From: an uncultured Eubacteriales bacterium
Lineage (GTDB): Bacteria > Bacillota > Clostridia > UBA1381 > UBA9506
Direction of reading: 5' to 3'
DNA: 13,524 nt
Assembly: GCA_900545185.1 (NCBI GenBank)
Contig: UQYH01000063.1
Coordinates: 1-13,524 of the forward strand
In this document: piece after piece, positions 8,153 to 13,524 of the stretch
Position numbering within the stretch: position 1 is the first letter of the stretch
Layout: every line of letters starts with the position of its first letter
Notes under the pieces: model-generated
The model's database searches: none
What the model was told of the DNA's origin: nothing
Seen by the model: the letters and a program-made list of their open reading frames with translations, nothing else
Translations under genes and position numbers: made by a program

Positions 8153-8851
8153 TTATTTAGGCCGCACAACCAGCACATTTCTATTGCTGGCCGCAACCGC
8201 GATGACTTCTTTTCCCGAAGAAAGCATTTCGGGTGCATCTGTCACAGCCTCCAGTTCGCGCAGCTGTTCCTGCACAATCAGCTGCACTTTACCGCTACCG
8301 CTGCGCTTGGGCGGAATGGGAATATACACGCGCCCCGTTTTGCCGATAGCGTTTTGAATTTCCAAATTCCCGGCACTCTGCAAAGAAAGTGCACTTTTCA
8401 TAATAGCCGCTACCGCGATCATAGCAAGCAGCCCTGCCATGACAGAAAACGTGAGTGTGTATCCTGTTGGAATCCCCTGCTTGGATAACACAATGCCCAG
8501 CCAGCCAAAAACAGAGAAAAACGCCACAAATCCACGAACGGTAAAAATCCGTAATCCCGGATCATGCGATGTGTGCCCTGTTTCTGCATCATGCACGTCA
8601 AAATCCGCACCGCCGTCATGTACATCACCGCAAACATCACAAATTTCATGGCCGACATCATGCGGCATGTCGTGATCGAATGCATGATCCATCATATGGT
8701 CAAAATCATGACCGTCTGCATCACCATCCGCACCGTTGCCCATACCAAACAAAAGCAAAATGGTTTGCAGTACCAAAATCAGTGTAGACGGCATCGCAAA
8801 AAATGCCAAGCCACGTTCAAGCTGTGTTAAACTTTCCCACCATGCAAGCAT
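8153..8851 (-). CDS. NfeD-family membrane protein (YuaF/YqiJ-like partner of flotillin) with an inserted His/Asp/Cys-rich segment
   Basis: 232 aa. An N-terminal TM helix is followed by an acidic His-rich insert of about 58 aa. Two or three further TM helices lead to a C-terminal soluble beta-rich domain (GKTGRVYIPI...GKVQLIVQEQ...) that matches the NfeD OB-fold. The position immediately upstream of flotillin is the canonical NfeD-flotillin arrangement. The RBS is AAGGAGAGAGG. Confidence 0.75.
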   Translation of the reverse strand: MLAWWESLTQLERGLAFFAMPSTLILVLQTILLLFGMGNGADGDADGHDFDHMMDHAFDHDMPHDVGHEICDVCGDVHDGGADFDVHDAETGHTSHDPGLRIFTVRGFVAFFSVFGWLGIVLSKQGIPTGYTLTFSVMAGLLAMIAVAAIMKSALSLQSAGNLEIQNAIGKTGRVYIPIPPKRSGSGKVQLIVQEQLRELEAVTDAPEMLSSGKEVIAVAASNRNVLVVRPK

Positions 8852-8876
8852 ATACCTCTCTCCTTATTTTTTAATT

Positions 8877-9449
8877 TCATCCTTGCTCTAATCCCTCCAA
8901 CAAAACCTCGGCATGTTGCTTGAGTCGTGCCGAAGCATACGCAATGGCCATGATGTTTAAAACAGAAGCAATCCGTGCCTTTGCGCCGCTGTACGGCTCA
9001 CAATAGTCTGCCAAAACTTCCTCCGCAACGCTGCCCGGCTCAGACAGCGTGCCGTAATCCGCACAGGAGGATAAAATCTCGGTAAAATAAATATACAGCC
9101 GACTGTCATCAATCAGGTCATCGGATTCATCATCCAGCCGCCCGTTAACAGAATGAATAAGCTTTACAATATGCTCCAGCTGCATGCTATCCTTCAAAAA
9201 ATTAATGGTAGCAATTCGGCAAAATTGGCGCATTGTATATTTTTTACCGACAGGCGGCGATACAAAACCGCGCTTTACCCAATTTTGTATCATATGCGGC
9301 GCCAGCCCCGTCAGGCTTGAGACCTGTGATAACACGAGGCCGCCTGCGATAAAGACAGAATGTAAAAGTTCTTCGGCATGGCCGGGTGTTTTAAAATCAA
9401 ATTCAATTGTTGTGCCGGGTAAATTTGTTTCATAGTTTTTTACATTCAT
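8877..9449 (-). CDS. Small cytoplasmic putative DNA-binding protein with a MerR-like helix-turn-helix (DUF1836-like)
   Basis: 190 aa with an AGGAGG RBS. The segment LSQVSSLTGLAPHMIQNWVKRGFVSPPVGKKYTMRQFCRIATINFLK has the pattern of a MerR-type winged HTH. The DUF1836 assignment is from memory of the family and is not verified. It is the first gene of the flotillin operon, 25 nt before nfeD. Confidence 0.45.
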   Translation of the reverse strand: MNVKNYETNLPGTTIEFDFKTPGHAEELLHSVFIAGGLVLSQVSSLTGLAPHMIQNWVKRGFVSPPVGKKYTMRQFCRIATINFLKDSMQLEHIVKLIHSVNGRLDDESDDLIDDSRLYIYFTEILSSCADYGTLSEPGSVAEEVLADYCEPYSGAKARIASVLNIMAIAYASARLKQHAEVLLEGLEQG

Positions 9450-9470
9450 GCATCCGCCTCCTATATCATG

Positions 9471-9499
9471 ATTGTATCACACAGTCACGTGATTGTCAA
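9471..9499 (-). promoter_or_regulatory. Sigma-A promoter of the HTH-nfeD-flotillin-HAD operon: -35 TTGACA (9494-9499), 17-nt spacer, -10 TACAAT (9471-9476)
   Basis: Near-consensus hexamers, read on the minus strand as TTGACAatcacgtgactgtgtgaTACAAT. The spacer and the -10 region contain the palindromes TCACGTGA and ATCATGAT (see findings). Confidence 0.65.
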
Positions 9500-9531
9500 T
9501 AGCAATCTAAAGATTTTTTATAAATAGATAC

Positions 9532-9571
9532 AAAAAAACCGTCAGCAAAGAAAATTTTCCTTTACCGGCGG
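9532..9571 (-). terminator. Probable intrinsic terminator ending the ffh-rpsP-khpA operon (possibly bidirectional)
   Basis: An imperfect 12-bp hairpin (9539-9550 pairing with 9560-9571, with 2 mismatches and 1 G:U) flanked by A7 at 9532-9538, which gives a U-tract for the minus-strand transcript. A T5 run follows at 9572-9576 on the plus strand. Confidence 0.5.
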
Positions 9572-9578
9572 TTTTTAA

Positions 9579-9806
9579 TTACACAATTTCCACGATCACA
9601 CGTTTGTTTTCGCGGCTGGCAGCAGCTTGCATCACTGTCCGGATAGACTGTGCAATTCTGCCCTTTTTGCCAATCACCTTACCCATATCTCCGTCAGCCA
9701 CACGCAGCTCTAAGGTAACGGCTTGTTCGCCATCAACCTCGCGCACGTCAACCGATTCGGGATAATCAACTAAGGATTTAGCAATAACCTCCAACAAATC
9801 TTTCAT
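9579..9806 (-). CDS. khpA: KH-domain RNA-binding protein KhpA (YlqC family)
   Basis: I prefer the start at ATG 9806 (MKDLLEVIAKSLVDYPESVDV...), which has a GAGGAGG RBS 8 nt upstream. The alternative ATG at 9830 would overlap the rpsP stop by 1 nt. The KH GXXG motif is present (VIGKKGRIAQSIR). The position after rpsP is conserved. Confidence 0.85.
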   Translation of the reverse strand: MKDLLEVIAKSLVDYPESVDVREVDGEQAVTLELRVADGDMGKVIGKKGRIAQSIRTVMQAAASRENKRVIVEIV

Positions 9807-9829
9807 GTTGTCAGCCTCCTCACCCTGCA

Positions 9830-10075
9830 TTACTCAATGATTCCGCTCTTTTTCAGCAGGCCTTTAACGGTATCTGTGGGCTGTGCACCGTTGCCCAGCC
9901 ATTTCTGTGCTTTTTCTGCATCAATTTTAATTTCAGAAGGGCTTGTCAGCGGATTGTAGGTTCCGATTTCCTCAATAAATCTGCCGTCTCTGGGGTATCT
10001 GGAATCTGCAACAACAACTCTGTAAAACGGAGCCTTCTTCGCACCCATTCTTCTCAGTCTGATTTTAACTGCCAT
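9830..10075 (-). CDS. rpsP: 30S ribosomal protein S16
   Basis: Start ATG at 10075 ([26 protein letters not shown]...) with a GGAGGTGA RBS. The sequence is classic S16, 81 aa. Confidence 0.92.
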   Translation of the reverse strand: MAVKIRLRRMGAKKAPFYRVVVADSRYPRDGRFIEEIGTYNPLTSPSEIKIDAEKAQKWLGNGAQPTDTVKGLLKKSGIIE

Positions 10076-10177
10076 GTATTTCACCTCCCAATTCGAGTCA
10101 AGTTCTATATAAACCACACAGGTGATTTAACAAAATTTTATACATGCACCTTACGCCGCTGTGCCCGATAAAAGCAA

Positions 10178-11512
10178 TCAACGCCGTTTTCTGCGTTTCA
10201 TCATGCGACCCAAACCGCCGCCCGAAAACTGCTTCATCATTTTTTGCATTTGTTCAAATTGGCGCAGCAGCTGGTTAACCTCTTGCACGCTGTTACCGCT
10301 GCCGGCTGCAATACGCTTTTTGCGGCTTGCATTAATAATAGACGGATTTTGCCGTTCACGCTTTGTCATAGATTGAATAATTGCCTCTACGCGCAGCATG
10401 CGCCGGTCATCAATATCCACATTTTCAAGTGCCTTGGCGTTAACACCGGGAATCATTTTAACCAGCTGTGAAAGCGGTCCCATTTTTTTCATTTGCTGCA
10501 GCTGGTCTAAAAAGTCGTCCAAATCAAATTGATTTTTCCGTATTTTTTCTTCCAAAGCCGCGGCCGATTTATCATCAATGGCCTGCTGTGCCTTTTCTAT
10601 CAGTGAAAGTACATCGCCGCTGCCCAAAATACGGGATGCCATGCGGTCGGGGTGAAATTCTTCAATATCCGAAAGCTTTTCGCCCACGCCGACAAATTTA
10701 ATCGGCTTCCCCGTTACGGCTTTAACCGAAAGCGCCGCACCGCCGCGTGTATCGCCGTCCAGCTTCGTCATAATCACACCGGTTACCTGCAAACGGCTGT
10801 TAAAGCTTTCGGCAATGTTGACCGCATCCTGACCGGTCATCGCATCAATCACCAGCAAAATTTCCTCCGGATTAACGGCGGCTTTAATATCCTCCAGCTC
10901 CTGCATCAACAGGTCATCAATATGCAGGCGGCCTGCGGTATCAATAATCAAAAAGTCATTGCCGTGCGCTTTGGCATGCTCCATGGCTTTCTGCGCAATT
11001 GCTACGGCATTTTTACAATCCTCCATGGCAAAAACGGGCACATCAATCTGCTTGCCCACAACCTGTAATTGCCGAATTGCCGCCGGACGGTAAATATCAC
11101 ACGCGGCCATCAGCGGACGTTTGTTGTGCTTTTTACGCATATAGCCGGCCAGCTTGGCGCAAAACGTTGTTTTACCGGCACCCTGAAGGCCTGCCATCAG
11201 CACAACCGTCAAACCGCGCTTGCCAAACTCAATCCGCGCGTTTTCGCCGCCCATCAGGCTCGTCAGTTCATCATTGACAATTTTAATAATCTGCTGGCCG
11301 GGCGTTAAACTCTCCAGCACCGCAGCGCCCATCGCGCGCTCCGAAACGCGGTTGATAAAATCCTTAACTACCTTAAAGTTAACATCAGCCTCCAAAAGCG
11401 CCAGCTTAATCTCGCGCATAGATTCTTTAATGTCCTTTTCGGTTACAACGCCCTTACCCTTTAATTTTTTAAAAGCCATGCTCAGCTTTTCGGAAAGACT
11501 TTCAAATGCCAC
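10178..11512 (-). CDS. ffh: Signal recognition particle protein Ffh (SRP54 GTPase)
   Basis: 444 aa. The N-terminus MAFESLSEKL matches the conserved Ffh start (MAFE..L). The G-domain motifs GLQGAGKTT, DTAGR and TKLDGD are present, with a Met-rich M-domain and a basic tail. The in-frame initiation codon is GTG at 11510-11512, with an AGGAGG RBS 9 nt upstream. Confidence 0.92.
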   Translation of the reverse strand: MAFESLSEKLSMAFKKLKGKGVVTEKDIKESMREIKLALLEADVNFKVVKDFINRVSERAMGAAVLESLTPGQQIIKIVNDELTSLMGGENARIEFGKRGLTVVLMAGLQGAGKTTFCAKLAGYMRKKHNKRPLMAACDIYRPAAIRQLQVVGKQIDVPVFAMEDCKNAVAIAQKAMEHAKAHGNDFLIIDTAGRLHIDDLLMQELEDIKAAVNPEEILLVIDAMTGQDAVNIAESFNSRLQVTGVIMTKLDGDTRGGAALSVKAVTGKPIKFVGVGEKLSDIEEFHPDRMASRILGSGDVLSLIEKAQQAIDDKSAAALEEKIRKNQFDLDDFLDQLQQMKKMGPLSQLVKMIPGVNAKALENVDIDDRRMLRVEAIIQSMTKRERQNPSIINASRKKRIAAGSGNSVQEVNQLLRQFEQMQKMMKQFSGGGLGRMMKRRKRR

Positions 11513-11533
11513 CTGTCATGGCCTCCTTTTATG

Positions 11534-11902
11534 TTATAGTTCCGCGGTTAAACGCTTAAGCTTTTCTTCCAGCTCCAAAAGCGCATCCGATAATTTTTTG
11601 GAATGAACATACAGATTATCATATCGACGCATGGCGACCACATCGGCAATTGCCTCCTGCATTTTTTCTTCCAAATCCATAAAACGATTCACAAGACCCA
11701 GCCGTTCTTCCATTGTCAAAAGCGTTTTTTCGCCGCGTTTAATGGCATCGCGCACGCCCTGACGGGAAATTTCGAGTGGCTCTGCAATTTCGGCCAGGGA
11801 TAAATCTTCATTATAATATAAATCAATTGCCTGTGCCTGCTTCGGTGTTAACAAGTCACCGTAAAAATCATACAGCATAGCAATGCTTAAATCCTTACTC
11901 AT
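11534..11902 (-). CDS. ylxM: YlxM/p13-like putative DNA-binding protein (UPF0122), conserved upstream partner of ffh
   Basis: Start ATG at 11902 (MSKDLSIAML...) with an AAGGAG RBS. The longer ORF begins at a GTG (11911) that has no RBS. The protein has a sigma-70 region-4-like HTH (LSLAEIAEPLEISRQGVRDAIKRGEK). The 21-nt gap to ffh is typical of ylxM-ffh operons. Confidence 0.75.
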   Translation of the reverse strand: MSKDLSIAMLYDFYGDLLTPKQAQAIDLYYNEDLSLAEIAEPLEISRQGVRDAIKRGEKTLLTMEERLGLVNRFMDLEEKMQEAIADVVAMRRYDNLYVHSKKLSDALLELEEKLKRLTAEL

Positions 11903-11954
11903 TCGTTTCACTCCTTGCCATTACTGTAAAGGCTAAGACCTACACACCTATACT

Positions 11955-11983
11955 ATTGTACAACATTTTGCGGTGTTTGTCAA
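11955..11983 (-). promoter_or_regulatory. Sigma-A promoter of ylxM-ffh-rpsP-khpA: -35 TTGACA (11978-11983), 17-nt spacer, -10 TACAAT (11955-11960)
   Basis: Consensus hexamers with exact 17-nt spacing, read on the minus strand as TTGACAaacaccgcaaaatgttgTACAAT. Confidence 0.65.
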
Positions 11984-12010
11984 GCTTTTTGCCAAATTTC
12001 TTCTGATTTT

Positions 12011-13387
12011 TTAATGGGATGTATCCGTCGGCGCGGATATGATGGCGCTGCCATGCAAAATTTTCTTCCTTAATATAAAGTAGCAAACAATATACGCCGC
12101 ACCGGTTAAAATCCACGAAATCGGATACGTGATATACAACACCATCAGCGTTTTATGTGTTTGGAAATAGGTATAAATCCACACGATACGAAAGCCGCAA
12201 ACACCGACGAGCGAAATCAGCGTCGGCAGAGTTGAATATCCCACACCGCGCAGAATACCGGGAATAATCTCCTGCGGTGCAATGGTGAAATAGGTTAAAA
12301 GCAAAATCAGCATGCGTGTCATGCCTATGCGGATTGCCTCGGCATCTTTTGTGTAAAACGAAAGCAAGGGGCGCGCAAAAAGACTGCCCAAGCCGCCCAG
12401 CACAACGGCAATGATAATTAAATATAAAAGGCAAATATGCATAATTTTAGGTATTTGGTCGCGCCTGTCGGCACCGACATTCTGCCCCGTAAAGTTCAGT
12501 GCCGTTTGGCTGACCGAGTTAATGGAGGTATATGCAAATCCCTCTATACTGCTCGCCGCAGCACAACCGGCCATGGCTGCCGAACCAAACAAGTTAAGCG
12601 ACGACTGAATCTGCATATTGGCAATGGAAAACATCATACCATGCACTCCGGCCGGAACACCGATTTGAATCATATTTTTAAACAGACCCCAATCAATGCA
12701 AAGCTTTTTAAACGAAAAGGTATAGGGCTTTGACGGGTCACGCAGATACATTAACACCAAAAACGCCGCAATGGTTTGCGAAACAACCGTTCCGATGGCA
12801 ACGCCGGCCACCGACAAATCGAACACAATAACCAACAGCAAATTTAAAAATACATTTGCAATGCCGCCGATGGTAAGAAAAATAAGCGGCTGGCGTGTAT
12901 TGCCCTCGGCACGCAGAATAGACGCGCCGAAGTTATATAAAAGAAGCATGGGCATGCCCATAAAAATAATGCGCATGTAAAGGACGGACAAATCCAAAAC
13001 ATCATCCGGCGTGTTCAGCATAATTAAACACGGACGGCATATAAAGTAACCCAAAACAGCCAAAAAAATGCCGCTTAAAAAACTCACCAAGAGCGATGTA
13101 TGTATCAAGCGGTCAAAGCGCTCATAATTCCGTGCACCGAAAAGCTGCGCCGCAAGCACGTTTGCACCAACGGATAAGCCGACAAAGAGGTTGACCAAGA
13201 GATTCGTCAGCGTCGCGGTCGCGCCGACGGCCGCAAGCGGCGTACTCCCCGCAAAACGGCCGACCACAATCATATCGCAGGCATTAAACAAAAGCTGCAA
13301 AATGCCGCTGAACATAATCGGCAGGGTGTACCGAATAATATTGACCTTCATATTGCCGTTAATCATGTCTATATTCGCGCTTTTCAT
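12011..13387 (-). CDS. MATE-family multidrug/oligosaccharidyl-lipid/polysaccharide efflux transporter
   Basis: 458 aa with about 12 predicted TM helices. The N-terminal segment is typical of NorM/DinF-like MATE proteins (IIRYTLPIMFSGILQLLFNACDMIVVGRF), and the 12-TM layout shows an internal repeat. The RBS is GAGAGGA. Confidence 0.8.
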   Translation of the reverse strand: MKSANIDMINGNMKVNIIRYTLPIMFSGILQLLFNACDMIVVGRFAGSTPLAAVGATATLTNLLVNLFVGLSVGANVLAAQLFGARNYERFDRLIHTSLLVSFLSGIFLAVLGYFICRPCLIMLNTPDDVLDLSVLYMRIIFMGMPMLLLYNFGASILRAEGNTRQPLIFLTIGGIANVFLNLLLVIVFDLSVAGVAIGTVVSQTIAAFLVLMYLRDPSKPYTFSFKKLCIDWGLFKNMIQIGVPAGVHGMMFSIANMQIQSSLNLFGSAAMAGCAAASSIEGFAYTSINSVSQTALNFTGQNVGADRRDQIPKIMHICLLYLIIIAVVLGGLGSLFARPLLSFYTKDAEAIRIGMTRMLILLLTYFTIAPQEIIPGILRGVGYSTLPTLISLVGVCGFRIVWIYTYFQTHKTLMVLYITYPISWILTGAAYIVCYFILRKKILHGSAIISAPTDTSH

Positions 13388-13419
13388 TCCAATCCTCTCC
13401 CTTTTTCAGCTGTTCAATC

Positions 13420-13448
13420 ACTATATCACATAGGCCGCCCGAAGTCAA
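13420..13448 (-). promoter_or_regulatory. Sigma-A promoter of the MATE gene: -35 TTGACT (13443-13448), 17-nt spacer, extended -10 TGaTATAGT (13420-13428), AT-rich UP-like region upstream
   Basis: Read on the minus strand as TTGACTtcgggcggcctatgtgaTATAGT, followed by GGGAGAGGA and ATG. Confidence 0.55.
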
Positions 13449-13524
13449 TGGATAAAAGCAATAAATTAAAAAATCTTTCTACAATTTAAAAAAATAAATT
13501 TTTTTCCAAAAAACTGTTGATTTT

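Noticed and set aside
8125-8238. Longer flotillin ORF starting at 8238 (MHPKCFLREKKSS...)
   Set aside because: It would overlap the nfeD stop and has no RBS. ATG 8124 has a GAGGAGG RBS and begins directly with the TM helix.
8564-8830. Plus-strand ORFs (8564..8830, 8569..8787, 8439..8675) encoding strikingly His/Arg-rich peptides
   Set aside because: They lie antisense to the NfeD gene, exactly over its periodic His/Asp codon repeat (CAT/CAC/GAT/GAC read in reverse as ATG/GTG/ATC/GTC). They are a compositional shadow of the repeat, with no RBS and no promoter.
10161-11606. Plus-strand ORFs across ffh (10161..10376, 10244..10471, 10468..10701, 10652..11068, 10999..11277, 11069..11308, 11220..11606)
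   Set aside because: They are antisense to the full-length, highly conserved ffh gene.
11903-11911. Upstream GTG start for ylxM (MKRMSKD...)
   Set aside because: It has no RBS. The ATG at 11902 has AAGGAG 9 nt upstream.
1-13524. CRISPR arrays, tandem repeats and IS elements
   Set aside because: No regularly spaced direct repeats and no transposase-like ORFs were seen by eye. The only repetitive DNA is the in-gene His/Asp codon periodicity of nfeD and the flotillin Ala/Glu coiled-coil codons.

Overview
This window looks like ordinary chromosomal DNA from a Gram-positive, Firmicutes/Clostridia-like organism, judged from the ylxM-ffh-rpsP-khpA gene order and GGAGG-type ribosome-binding sites. 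GC content is roughly 50%. I identified 14 protein genes and one tRNA, arranged in three operon blocks plus a transporter gene. No CRISPR array, transposase, integrase or phage gene is recognisable.

Plus strand, about 130 to 6035: a promoter, then the tightly packed genes pyrK, pyrD, pgi, thrC (long form) and prmA. A second promoter follows, then tRNA-Val(GAC) and a strong intrinsic terminator.

Minus strand, about 9500 down to 6055: this is the most accessory-looking part of the window. It is a four-gene operon. Its genes are a small MerR/DUF1836-like helix-turn-helix protein, an NfeD-family membrane protein with an unusual His/Asp/Cys-rich periodic insert, a YqiK/FloT-type flotillin (SPFH) protein, and a HAD-family hydrolase. 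It is driven by a near-consensus promoter whose core holds paired palindromic repeats, and it ends at a hairpin terminator.

Minus strand, 11983 down to 9532: ylxM, ffh (with a GTG start), rpsP and khpA, then a terminator. The rimM-trmD-rplS genes that normally follow are absent.

Minus strand, 13448 down to 12011: a MATE efflux transporter with its own extended -10 promoter.

I do not see a clearly novel system in this window. The best candidate for something unusual is the flotillin operon with its metal-binding-like NfeD insert and its co-transcribed regulator and hydrolase. All family assignments come from reading the translated ORFs against remembered family hallmarks. No database search was possible.
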